Source of the DNA: a virus
Direction: 5' to 3' (one strand)
IMG/VR virus record: IMGVR_UViG_3300043568_000598
Location: 1-64,000 of that record
DNA length: 64,000 bases
Every line of letters starts with the position of its first letter. The first letter of the stretch is position 1. Below, piece by piece: positions 10,401-19,250 of the stretch. The notes below the pieces were generated by a model. That model was not told the origin of the DNA. It did not search any database and saw only the letters and a list, made by a program, of their open reading frames with translations. The position numbers and the translations under genes are program-made.

Positions 10401-13400
10401 ATAGTCTTGTAACTAAATCTACAGGCAACGCCGCCACTCAATGGACCAGTACTGATTTACCGAACGGTTCGACTGCTCAAGTCACTGTAGGAGCATTGGT
10501 AGACATCATTACTAATATCATACAAGGCGACTCTACTGAGGCTGTAACACCACAGATTACAATTACTACTATATCTGGTACAGACACACTTACCAGCAAC
10601 AGTCATGGATTAAGTGTAGGCGATGCGATAATTCCAAGAGAAACTGGTAACGGATTAACTAACGGTGTCAAATATTGGGTAGTAGGCACAGTAAACACCA
10701 ACACATTCCAACTTGCAGCCACATACGGTGGCAGTGTGTTAGCTACATTTACCAACGGCGCCGGTATCAGTATACCTGTGGAAGTTATAGATTATCCTAC
10801 AGCTACTAATGCTGTTACATCTACTACTGCATTGATAGCAGCCGCAGTGACATTAGATGCTGCACAAGAAACTATAGTTACTGCTGCTACTACATATATT
10901 AGCACAAACTTTCCTACATTGGTCTACAATTCAGCCAAGTGTGAAAGAGACGTAAGATTGATATTAGAAGCTGTGATGTTTGACTTTATGTTCGACAGCA
11001 ACTTCAAAACTAGAGAAGCCGCATACTCATATTTGAGAGCCACGGCTGCTGATGTATTCAGTCTAAATCAGAAAACAGCTACTCGTGCATCGTTTACCTA
11101 TGTCAAAGGCTTAGCCAAAGCCAACGTAGGCGGCAACGCAACTGCACAAGCCCGCATTGAAACACTAATGACCACATTAGATGACATTGTATATGGTGCA
11201 ACCAACGAAGGCAGTCGTTGTGCCACAGGCAACAGAATGGTCGATTATGCTGTGTTACAATTAGAGCGTAACAGATCGTACATTGTAGCAGAAATTGATG
11301 CTTACATTGACTCGACCTATTCTACTACAGTTACAACAGCTACAGCAGCCACTGACTTGTTTACTTGCACATCTACAGCATGGATGCGTAGAAATGCTGC
11401 TATACGATTTACAGGCACAGCCTTTGGTGGAGTGAACACCACTACTACTTACTATGTGCAGAATGTAGTAAGTAGCACAACTTTTAAAATTGCTACCACT
11501 AGAGATTCAAACACAGCCTTTGACATCACTGTCGACGGCAGCGGTTCTATGGCAGTAGCATTGTTCTACAGCAGCGATGCTTGCCTCAGAGACGTTAACA
11601 CATATATTGATGCATTAAAGTATGATTTAAAATATCCAGGTAACTACAAATCTAGATTCGCAGCCAGATATTACGCTAACAGCGTAACAGGCAGTCTAGA
11701 AGAGGACATGTACTATCTCAGAGATGCCACTGGCGTAAGAGATCAAACTCTACAAGGACTCACCGGGGACTTGTTGGCTGAAAATGAATTTGGCACATCA
11801 AGAGTTTCAGCGGGAGCCTATTGTTCGTTGGATCCAGGTTGGGGTCCAGAAGATTATCGTGCATGGATCATCACACGTTCACCGTATGTTCAAGGTGTTA
11901 CCACAATAGGTACAGCGGCTGTGGGTCAAAAGATCGACGGCGCATTACACAATGGTGGCAATGATTCTATTGTTTCCAATGACTTCACACAGGTTATCAG
12001 TGATGGTATTGGTGCATGGATTACCAACAACGGTCGTGCTGAACTTGTTTCTGTATTCTCATACTACGCACACATCGCATACCTAGCAGAAAATGGCGGA
12101 CGTATTAGAGCCACTAACGGAAATAACTCCTATGGTGATTTTGGTTCTGTAGCAGAAGGAGTTGACTCCACTGAATCTCCGACCACAGGTATAGTAGACA
12201 ACAGACTGCAATTCGAAGCTGCGATCGATCGTGTTATCACTGATGGATCTGCCTTGCTGCAAATTGAATTTATCAATGCAGGTATTGACTATACAGAAGT
12301 TACTTATGCACTTACAGGTGGTGGCACTGGTGCAGTAGTCGAAGCGGATGAATTCCGTGACGATGCAGTATATCAAGTCCGCATGTTGGATTTGATAGAA
12401 GACAGTACAAATGCTGCAGAAGCCGAAGGCAACTTTGGAGGCTTTGGTTATATCACCAACTCTAATACTGCACAGGGCGGTACTTCTACTTCAATTACCA
12501 TTGCTGCCACAGACGGTGAATCCAGCACCGCCTACATAGGCATGAAGGTTGTAATCACTGGTGGTGCTGCTGTAGGACAGTTTGGTATAATTAACACATA
12601 CAATTCGGGCACTAAGGTGGCTGGATTGATCAAAGAATCAGACGGCACCGCAGGATTTGATCATCTAGTAGCAGGCACAACAATTGTATCACCAGACGCT
12701 TCCAGTACCTACATTATAGAACCTAGAGTAACGTTCTCTGCGCCTGGATACACCAGTACAGCAGCTACATTGCCAACCAGCGGAGATTGGAGAGCCGTGA
12801 AATACGGTGAAACTGCTGCTGTATATACCACACTAACTGGCACCTACGCAGGTACAGGAACAGGCGCTAGATTCACAGTGCTACGCAACGGATGGAAATA
12901 TACACCATCTGTGCAGACTGCAGGTACAGGGTACACTAGACTACAAACTATAACCATACTGGGCACCAGTCTCGGCGGCACTACACCTACTAACGATCTA
13001 GTGATCACTATCACCGCCGTGAATTCTACTACAGGTGCTATCATAGACTTTGATCACAGTGGCTACGGCATTAGCGGCAGATATGTTGCTTTACGAAGTG
13101 GTAGCACAGTGGGTGCGACTTCGGAAGATGGCATCAATTGGGACACAAGAGCCAGCTTGATGCCTAGTGGAGCAGCATGGTCAGCTATGGCCGCAGGCTT
13201 GTTTGACGATGGATCTACAGTAGGTAAAGTCAGCAAGTTTGTAGCAGTGGCAGGTACTTCAGCTAATACTACTGGAGCATACAGTTCGGACGGTATAACA
13301 TGGGCAGCGGCCAGTATGCAGACTTCCGCTACATGGGTTGATGTAGCATTTGGCGCACAGAAATTTGTGGCAGTCAGCAGCGATGTGACCACTGTGAGAA

Positions 13401-14959
13401 TCAGCAACGACGGTGAATTGTGGGATCAAACTGGTACATTAACTACTACTGGATTCACTGCGATTGCCTACGGAAAGAACAGATTTGTCGCAATTAAAAG
13501 TGGCACCGCAGTGACTAATCATGCTACATCGACCACAGTCGCAGGCACATGGACTGCAGGCACACTACCTAGTTCGTCAAACTGGAACAGCATAGCTTAT
13601 GGTAACAATAGATTTGTTGCTATTTCAAATACCAGCGGCACAGTTGCAGCTTATAGTTTAGACGGTATAACATGGGTAGCCAGCACATTACCTTCGACAG
13701 CACAATGGACTAAAATCACTTACGGTCAAGGAGTGTTCCTTGCTGTGAGTACAACCACAGCAGCAGCAACATCGCCGGACGGTATTACTTGGACCGCAAG
13801 AACTACATCCACAGCGGCCAGCGGTTTCTCAGCAATCACTTTTGGTAATAGAAATAGATACGGTCTGTTTGTGGGTGTCGGAGCAGGTACAGGCGATGTA
13901 GCTACTTATATTAGAACAGGTGCTACTGCTACAGGCCGTGCTAAGGTATCACAAAACAAGATTTTCCAGGTCAATATGGTAGAACCGGGATCAGGATATG
14001 ATACAGTACCAACTATAACATTTACTGATCCTAACAACACATTTGAAGCTCCGACTACCGTGAGAAAGAATCGTGGGGTATTAGCTAATCCTAGTTTTGT
14101 AAACAGAGGAACACAGTATGTTACTGGTAGTGGTGAAGTAGACACCGGCGACGGATATTCAGATTTATTCCAGCCAGGCTCATTTGTGGCCAGTCGCAGA
14201 CTTAGCCTGCAGCCTGTACCGGGTTCCAACGTGGTGTTTAGCCATCTACCTGCTAGAGTGTTCAAGTTAGTTAACACTGTGACTTTCCTCGGAGAGAATG
14301 ACGGTTCATATACCACATTCTTACAAATAAGTCCTTCGCTAACTATATCAGAAGCTCCACCTGACGGTACAAGTATAGCGATGAGACTGCGATACAGTCA
14401 GGTTAGATTGACAGGTCACGATTTCTTGGATATTGGTACAGGTAGCTTTGTCGATACCAACTATCCAGGTGCACCTGTAAATCCACCAACACCTGCTAAT
14501 GAAGCAGTAGAATCAGGCGGGGGTCGTGTGTTCTTTACATCAACTGACCAAGACGGTAACTTCCGAGTTGGTGATTTGTTTGCAATTGAACAATCAACTG
14601 GTATTGCAACTTTGAATGCTGATGCATTTAACATTTCCGGACTGCAAGAACTTAATTTGGGTAACGTTACTTTGGGCGGCGGTTCAGCAACAATTACTGA
14701 ATTCTCAACAGATCCGTTCTTTACAGCAGATTCAGATAACGTTGTGCCAACACAGCGAGCTATTAAGGCGTTTATTGCATCACAGATTGGTGGAGGCGGA
14801 GCCAGTTTGAACGTTAACTCAGTTACAGCAGGTAATGTCTTTATCAGCTCTAACGTAATAACAACAGTAACCGGCGGACCTATCAAGATGAATGCTACCT
14901 TTGAGTTCAGAGGCGGAGTCACTGGACTTCCGTTGGCCTTCAACTACTTTTTGAACTAA
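7430..14959 (+). CDS. Giant virion/tail-fibre-like protein (2509 aa)
   Basis: Same architecture as 1803-7391 (MAEFK..RIR.W start; SNDFTQV.SDGIG; EFSTDP.FTADS.N.VPTQRAIKA end) plus C-x-R-D helical repeats and inserted beta domains. Confidence 0.75.
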   Translation: MAEFKLGRIRFVWKNTWSPTTTYYIDDVVRHGGRTYICAVGHTSASDFNTDLEYNPTKWNQMSDGQSWTGDWNVSTLYKLNDVVKYGGVLYICNDSHTSAATTASGLEADQAKWTLYAEGFDWKNDWTVATRYKVNDLVQYGGYTYVCNLYHTSAATTALGLEADQAKWDTFNQGIEYKGTWTTAVRYKVNDVVKYGAGLWICVTQHTADAAFLTDSTAGRWSQFTEGTEFEDTWNNATLYQPGDIVRYGGNQYIAKTVHTAVDATETPTTQPSRWDLYTEGFKFQSAWANTTSYKIGEVVSIGGYTYLAAQDSPSNTYTVTAVTASTDTFTIASTAGIVVGMAVRFTGTTFGNVFTTSRYYVKTVAAGNITVSTTPGGTTFNITADASGTMTATVSAEPPNTTYWSRLNAGISWQGLWSDDRDYLLGDAVRFGANAYICLLAHRSEGDDGSTVGATGGGQANSRPDQDSTGTYWSLLSVGSETDILSVRGDLVYYSGSGPTRLPVGREGQVLTSNGTDPEWVTLGEVDHTYFVAPTGVDLPSPVHGKTWDKPFKTIRYACEQVERGPRNPDARYLLELNRVFVQREVTEFIQRQITTAGVGSIWESFDYDDFKCERDVGFTLDAVIYDLCHGGNVKSRGVANSLIGGLSEGETEAYPGLAIEGDQSVAAYNYMLTVVGNVLAQTAPTINYQTLNGDNSTATVAQYFNSNLTAEAEALATVTASVTLITNAITARAAAVTAPQIAAAIASVPARRSPSNLINIATGQYRETLPIIVPEQTCVQGDELRSTNAGPAGSLTNRSDAGYSVGALTRLQTVVDQIVRGANVTESSGNTAVQSAAFPYASTEEAADAAQLVRVMQHQIDFKISSTFMESSADPTGYNTSFLTGFGDARALLRENKEFIKEEITAFLTVNYPTVKYSRTKCKRDVAFIVDAMGYDLTYGGNWATLVAGTAYFDGDNSTALQIDSTEIAATVAAYGRLKTVVQAIIANSLVTKSTGNAATQWTSTDLPNGSTAQVTVGALVDIITNIIQGDSTEAVTPQITITTISGTDTLTSNSHGLSVGDAIIPRETGNGLTNGVKYWVVGTVNTNTFQLAATYGGSVLATFTNGAGISIPVEVIDYPTATNAVTSTTALIAAAVTLDAAQETIVTAATTYISTNFPTLVYNSAKCERDVRLILEAVMFDFMFDSNFKTREAAYSYLRATAADVFSLNQKTATRASFTYVKGLAKANVGGNATAQARIETLMTTLDDIVYGATNEGSRCATGNRMVDYAVLQLERNRSYIVAEIDAYIDSTYSTTVTTATAATDLFTCTSTAWMRRNAAIRFTGTAFGGVNTTTTYYVQNVVSSTTFKIATTRDSNTAFDITVDGSGSMAVALFYSSDACLRDVNTYIDALKYDLKYPGNYKSRFAARYYANSVTGSLEEDMYYLRDATGVRDQTLQGLTGDLLAENEFGTSRVSAGAYCSLDPGWGPEDYRAWIITRSPYVQGVTTIGTAAVGQKIDGALHNGGNDSIVSNDFTQVISDGIGAWITNNGRAELVSVFSYYAHIAYLAENGGRIRATNGNNSYGDFGSVAEGVDSTESPTTGIVDNRLQFEAAIDRVITDGSALLQIEFINAGIDYTEVTYALTGGGTGAVVEADEFRDDAVYQVRMLDLIEDSTNAAEAEGNFGGFGYITNSNTAQGGTSTSITIAATDGESSTAYIGMKVVITGGAAVGQFGIINTYNSGTKVAGLIKESDGTAGFDHLVAGTTIVSPDASSTYIIEPRVTFSAPGYTSTAATLPTSGDWRAVKYGETAAVYTTLTGTYAGTGTGARFTVLRNGWKYTPSVQTAGTGYTRLQTITILGTSLGGTTPTNDLVITITAVNSTTGAIIDFDHSGYGISGRYVALRSGSTVGATSEDGINWDTRASLMPSGAAWSAMAAGLFDDGSTVGKVSKFVAVAGTSANTTGAYSSDGITWAAASMQTSATWVDVAFGAQKFVAVSSDVTTVRISNDGELWDQTGTLTTTGFTAIAYGKNRFVAIKSGTAVTNHATSTTVAGTWTAGTLPSSSNWNSIAYGNNRFVAISNTSGTVAAYSLDGITWVASTLPSTAQWTKITYGQGVFLAVSTTTAAATSPDGITWTARTTSTAASGFSAITFGNRNRYGLFVGVGAGTGDVATYIRTGATATGRAKVSQNKIFQVNMVEPGSGYDTVPTITFTDPNNTFEAPTTVRKNRGVLANPSFVNRGTQYVTGSGEVDTGDGYSDLFQPGSFVASRRLSLQPVPGSNVVFSHLPARVFKLVNTVTFLGENDGSYTTFLQISPSLTISEAPPDGTSIAMRLRYSQVRLTGHDFLDIGTGSFVDTNYPGAPVNPPTPANEAVESGGGRVFFTSTDQDGNFRVGDLFAIEQSTGIATLNADAFNISGLQELNLGNVTLGGGSATITEFSTDPFFTADSDNVVPTQRAIKAFIASQIGGGGASLNVNSVTAGNVFISSNVITTVTGGPIKMNATFEFRGGVTGLPLAFNYFLN

Positions 14960-14962
14960 ATA
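14957..14962 (+). promoter_or_regulatory. Late promoter core TAAATA
   Basis: CTAAATA overlapping the stop codon, then GGAG RBS and the ATG at 14981. Confidence 0.55.
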
Positions 14963-14980
14963 TATCATGGAGAATAAATT

Positions 14981-15301
14981 ATGGCAACAGGAAGATTAGG
15001 AATTGCGGATTTATCCGCAGCAACCAATACTACATTGTATACATGCCCTGCAAGTACATTTACGGTGGCTACCGTGAGTATCTGTAATCGCGGAGCATCT
15101 ACATGCACAGTACAACTGGCTATTGCCAGTGCGGCAACCCCAGCGGCGGCAGAATACATAGAATTTGATGCTACTTTGTCGTCTAAAGGTGTACTAGAAC
15201 GCACGGGTATTGTGTTAGATACTGGCAAATTATTAGTGGTTAGATCAAGTGCTACCAGTGTGTCGGCGGTGGTTTACGGCATCGAAACATCCACTGCTTG
15301 A
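14981..15301 (+). CDS. Small virion/fibre adaptor-like protein (106 aa)
   Basis: Beta-rich; GGAGA RBS; resembles 1084-1416. Confidence 0.55.
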   Translation: MATGRLGIADLSAATNTTLYTCPASTFTVATVSICNRGASTCTVQLAIASAATPAAAEYIEFDATLSSKGVLERTGIVLDTGKLLVVRSSATSVSAVVYGIETSTA

Positions 15302-15316
15302 TAAAAAGGACACATC

Positions 15317-15658
15317 ATGGGAAGAAAAATCACAACAGGCGCAACAGGATCTACAGTAGCTTTCAACACAGTTAATGTGGATGTTACTGCCAACACTGAT
15401 GCAGTAGCAGGGGGTGTATACTGGTGCAACACCACTGCCGGGGCAGTTACACTTACTCTTCCATCTGGTCCTTCAACCGGCGATTATGTAGAAATATATG
15501 ACATTGCCAACACATTTGACACCAACAATCTCACAGTGGCGAGAAATGGACAATTGATCATGGGAGCTGCAGATAACTTAACCGTTACCACTGAAGGTGC
15601 TGCTTTCAATTTGGTATATTATAATGCAACCTATGGTTGGAGAATTCTCACAGTCTAA
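15317..15658 (+). CDS. Tail-fibre domain protein (113 aa)
   Basis: NTTAGAVTLTLP...GD.V.I.D...F.TNNLTV.RNG..I...GW motif as in T4-like proximal tail fibre repeats; AAGGA RBS. Confidence 0.6.
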   Translation: MGRKITTGATGSTVAFNTVNVDVTANTDAVAGGVYWCNTTAGAVTLTLPSGPSTGDYVEIYDIANTFDTNNLTVARNGQLIMGAADNLTVTTEGAAFNLVYYNATYGWRILTV

Positions 15659-15667
15659 GGATAACTG

Positions 15668-16612
15668 ATGGCAACGTATTCAAGTTTCAAGAAGATCGAC
15701 GCAGATGCTATAGTTAGTGCAACTATATTGCCGGCTGACATTGCCGCAAATACAATAACTGCGACAAATATCACCGATGCCAATGTGCCCGCAGCAGCAT
15801 TTAGCGGCACCGTTACATCTGCTAAAATAGCGTCAACCATTGACCTCAGCGGTAAAACAGTTACTTACAGAGCAATTGTCAACGGAGATGTATCAGCCAC
15901 GGCAGCTATCGCAGGTGCAAAACTTGCGTCTGGCGCAGCAACAACTAATTTAGGATTTACACCTATCAATCAAGCTGGTGATACTGTCACAGGCCAAATA
16001 CTGGTGCCCGCAGGCAGTGTGGCTGCACCCAGTATTATCAACAGCGGCAGCACTGCTTCAGGCATCAATCTAACTACCAATAACGTGGCCATTGTGGCGG
16101 GCGGATCAACAGCAGTCAATGTGAACAGCAGCGGCTTTGTTACTAGACCAGGGAATCCGGCGTTTCAGGCTTGGGGCACAACTGGCTGGCATTATGCTCC
16201 CGCTTACGGCGGAACAGGCGAGAGAGAACTCACAACCGTTCCAGCTTGGTCTACCGCATATGAAGCTGGCGGTACAAATTTTAATACCACTAACGGTAGA
16301 TTTACTGCACCAGTGGCAGGATATTATAGATTTTCAACTTGGTGGTATTTATTGAACGATGCTAATACTCCGCCAAACTATGTTCATCTTTTCTTTAGAA
16401 AGAACAATAATAGAGGGTGGACCGCTGGCGGTCGTAGTCCGTACATAATGGCCATGCACCAAAACACCAACAGTTACGATGATGGATATAGTCATAGTGC
16501 TGTGATAGATTTGGCTGCAAGTGATTATGTAAGCCTGGCCATAGTATGGCATGGTAACAGCAGTCGACATCACGCTGGCCATCAATATTTTAGTGGACAG
16601 TTAATAGGATAA
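15668..16612 (+). CDS. C1q-domain tail fibre, paralogue 1 (314 aa)
   Basis: Ala/Thr stalk; PAF and GRFTAPVAGYY.F C1q/TNF-like signature; ends GQLIG. Confidence 0.75.
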   Translation: MATYSSFKKIDADAIVSATILPADIAANTITATNITDANVPAAAFSGTVTSAKIASTIDLSGKTVTYRAIVNGDVSATAAIAGAKLASGAATTNLGFTPINQAGDTVTGQILVPAGSVAAPSIINSGSTASGINLTTNNVAIVAGGSTAVNVNSSGFVTRPGNPAFQAWGTTGWHYAPAYGGTGERELTTVPAWSTAYEAGGTNFNTTNGRFTAPVAGYYRFSTWWYLLNDANTPPNYVHLFFRKNNNRGWTAGGRSPYIMAMHQNTNSYDDGYSHSAVIDLAASDYVSLAIVWHGNSSRHHAGHQYFSGQLIG

Positions 16613-16615
16613 TTT

Positions 16616-17584
16616 ATGGCCACATATTCAAGTTTTAAACGAATTAACACCGAAGCCATTGTCGACGGGGCAGTTTCTGGCGCGACTCTCGGTACTAATT
16701 CTATAGTAACTGCTGCCTTTGACTCAGCAAGTGTTCGAACCACTGATATACAAGACTCTGCAGTGGGAACTACGCAGCTGGCCAGTAACCTAAACCTCAG
16801 CGGAAAAACCGTCACGTATAGGCCAATTATCAACGCCGACATTGCTGCTGCTGCCATTGCTGGTGGTCAGTTAGCTTCTGGAGCCATTGCTGCAAACATA
16901 GGATATACCCCAGCCAATCTTGCCGGCGCAACACTCAGTGGTGCATTGCAATTACCTACAGCCAGTGCAGGAGCACCGTCTTTGGCCAGTAGCAGCGACA
17001 CCAACACTGGCATACATTTTGCTGGCAGCGACCAAGTACAGATCAGCACTGCGGCAGGCAACACGAACGCTTTTGTCAAAAGCGGCAGCAATATCATGCA
17101 CACTCAGCCAAATCTGCCAGCATTCCATGCCAGCGGCAATGGCGGATGGTATTATGCCAATAGCTTCGGCGGCGTCAATAGATGGACTGAGCTAAACAAT
17201 TTACAACCCGGTGGCGGTTGGACGTGGCAAGTGACCCAGAAAGGTGGCAGCAACATGTCTTCTAACGGTCGCTTTACAGCACCAGTGGCTGGCTGGTATA
17301 GTTTTTATTGCCAGACTTATGCTTATAACGATACTAATAACAGTGCTGGCTATACTCACTGGAACATTGGATACAATGGTAGCATTGCCACTGACAGAGT
17401 CACAGGTCGAGTGCCTCATACACTATATGGTCACCAAGTCAGTGCCAACCACGTGCCAGGAATTATGACTACACTAGAGATATATTTAAATGCCAGTGAT
17501 TATGCCATTCCACAACCTTACATGGCATCCAGTATACGATTCCACGGCGACCATAGTTTATGGTGCGGATACTTAATAGGATAA
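16616..17584 (+). CDS. C1q-domain tail fibre, paralogue 2 (322 aa)
   Basis: MATYSSFK start; GRFTAPVAGWYSF; ends GYLIG. Confidence 0.75.
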   Translation: MATYSSFKRINTEAIVDGAVSGATLGTNSIVTAAFDSASVRTTDIQDSAVGTTQLASNLNLSGKTVTYRPIINADIAAAAIAGGQLASGAIAANIGYTPANLAGATLSGALQLPTASAGAPSLASSSDTNTGIHFAGSDQVQISTAAGNTNAFVKSGSNIMHTQPNLPAFHASGNGGWYYANSFGGVNRWTELNNLQPGGGWTWQVTQKGGSNMSSNGRFTAPVAGWYSFYCQTYAYNDTNNSAGYTHWNIGYNGSIATDRVTGRVPHTLYGHQVSANHVPGIMTTLEIYLNASDYAIPQPYMASSIRFHGDHSLWCGYLIG

Positions 17585-17592
17585 CGAGATAA

Positions 17593-18561
17593 ATGGCAAC
17601 CTACAATAGTTTTAAAAGAATTGCATCAGATTCGTTCGTTGCTAACACCATCGGCAGCGCGGATATTTCTTCAGGGGCAGTAATCAACGGAAAACTGGCC
17701 ACTGATGCAGTTACATCAGCCAAGATCGCTACAGGTGCTATTGGCACAACTGAGTTAGCAGCCGCAGTAGATTTATCATCTAAAACTGTAACTTACCGCA
17801 CTATACTGAATGCAGATATCAGCGGGAGTGCTGCAATTGCCAGCACAAAACTCGCATCAGGTGCAGCTACCACCAACTTGGGATACACACCGTTGAATAG
17901 CAACGGCAGCTCCATGACCGGTCCCTTGAGAACTATCGCTGGCAGTGCAGCTGCCCCAGCTATAGCACTAAGCGGAAATACCAACACGGGAATTTTCTTT
18001 GGCAACGACGACACCGTGCGTATCAGTACAAATGGTGTGGAACGAGCGAGATTTGACCCCAACGGCAGATTCTTGCAAGGCACTGCCCAGGCCACTGGCA
18101 GTCCCATGTTTCAAAGCACTGGAACTGGAGGCTGGTTGTACAACAATCAATTAGGATCTGGAACAGGTTGGCAAGAAATCAACAGTAACTTTGGCTGGAC
18201 CGGATATCAACGCGGCGGCACCAATTTTAACTATACCAATGGTCGTTATACAGCACCAGTGGCCGGCCATTATAATTTTCAATGGCTAAGCTATCAACAC
18301 AACGATACCAGTTGGACCAGCGCCACAGGCCATATGCACATGAGTTTAGGCAGAAACGGTGGAGTTTCTATGTCTGCAGGCCGCACACCTCACGGTATAT
18401 GGAGCCACGGTAATGGAAGTCCTTATCCCCATGGTGTTAACTGGCAAGCCGATACCTATCTTGCTGCCGGAGACTATGTCAGCATTTGGTGTGCTTGGAC
18501 CAGCAACAATAATAGATTCCATGCAAGTCATTCGTTTTTCAACGGATATTTGATCGGATAA
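17593..18561 (+). CDS. C1q-domain tail fibre, paralogue 3 (322 aa)
   Basis: MATYNSFK start; GRYTAPVAGHYNF; ends GYLIG. Confidence 0.75.
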   Translation: MATYNSFKRIASDSFVANTIGSADISSGAVINGKLATDAVTSAKIATGAIGTTELAAAVDLSSKTVTYRTILNADISGSAAIASTKLASGAATTNLGYTPLNSNGSSMTGPLRTIAGSAAAPAIALSGNTNTGIFFGNDDTVRISTNGVERARFDPNGRFLQGTAQATGSPMFQSTGTGGWLYNNQLGSGTGWQEINSNFGWTGYQRGGTNFNYTNGRYTAPVAGHYNFQWLSYQHNDTSWTSATGHMHMSLGRNGGVSMSAGRTPHGIWSHGNGSPYPHGVNWQADTYLAAGDYVSIWCAWTSNNNRFHASHSFFNGYLIG

Positions 18562-18583
18562 ATACAACGGAGAATACAAAAAC

Positions 18584-19204
18584 ATGCCTCAATTTTCGGT
18601 TTTTTTAACAGCACTAGAAAGCAAAATGCTAGAGCACACAGTGGCTAATCCTTCTGATTGGATAGATAATCTAGTAGAGTGGCGAGTACGAATTGCACAG
18701 GATGAATATCTTCCTACAGCAATCGAACAACTTAAAGCTAATGGTGCTACTACGATTCCAGGAACCCGCGACGCAATAATTCTAGCAGTGGATTTACCAC
18801 CAAAAAATCCTAACTGGACACCCGTCGAACGTGACGATCCTAACGATGACTTAACCGTGGAATATACATTTGATTTAGAAGATGATGATATTAAAATGTT
18901 AGCTTGGATGTATGAAAATCCTCATACGCACATTCGTGATTGGATAGCTGAACGTACTCAGATAGCTATTAAAGAAAAAGCAGATACAATTTTTAAAGAA
19001 CTGCTTACGGATCCCACATGGACAGATCCAATACCAACAGATCCTGCAGCCCTTATTGATCTTGTGGAACTTAAATCAGCAGCACAACATCTAGAAGAAA
19101 CTAGAGTGGCGATGCTGACAATGACAGCAGCATTAGCTAACACCACTGGCGAACCCTACCTTCCTCCTACTATTCCGTTTATGACCTACAAACATCATAA
19201 ATGA
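18584..19204 (+). CDS. Putative tail-fibre-associated/chaperone protein with internal duplication (206 aa)
   Basis: Two similar halves (KML....NP...I......R..IA..E); TAAATA at 18559-18564 and GGAGA RBS; follows the fibre genes. Confidence 0.5.
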   Translation: MPQFSVFLTALESKMLEHTVANPSDWIDNLVEWRVRIAQDEYLPTAIEQLKANGATTIPGTRDAIILAVDLPPKNPNWTPVERDDPNDDLTVEYTFDLEDDDIKMLAWMYENPHTHIRDWIAERTQIAIKEKADTIFKELLTDPTWTDPIPTDPAALIDLVELKSAAQHLEETRVAMLTMTAALANTTGEPYLPPTIPFMTYKHHK

Positions 19205-19224
19205 ATTGTCTAATAGCCCGCAAT

Positions 19225-19250
19225 AAAAAAGCACCCTAGGGTGCTTTTTT
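19225..19250. terminator. Bidirectional intrinsic terminator
   Basis: Perfect palindrome AAAAAAGCACCCTAGGGTGCTTTTTT between convergent operons. Confidence 0.85.

Noticed and set aside
15668-18561. Diversity-generating retroelement acting on the C1q fibres
   Set aside because: No reverse transcriptase in the window, and no near-identical template/variable repeat pair differing at adenines was seen; the paralogues differ throughout
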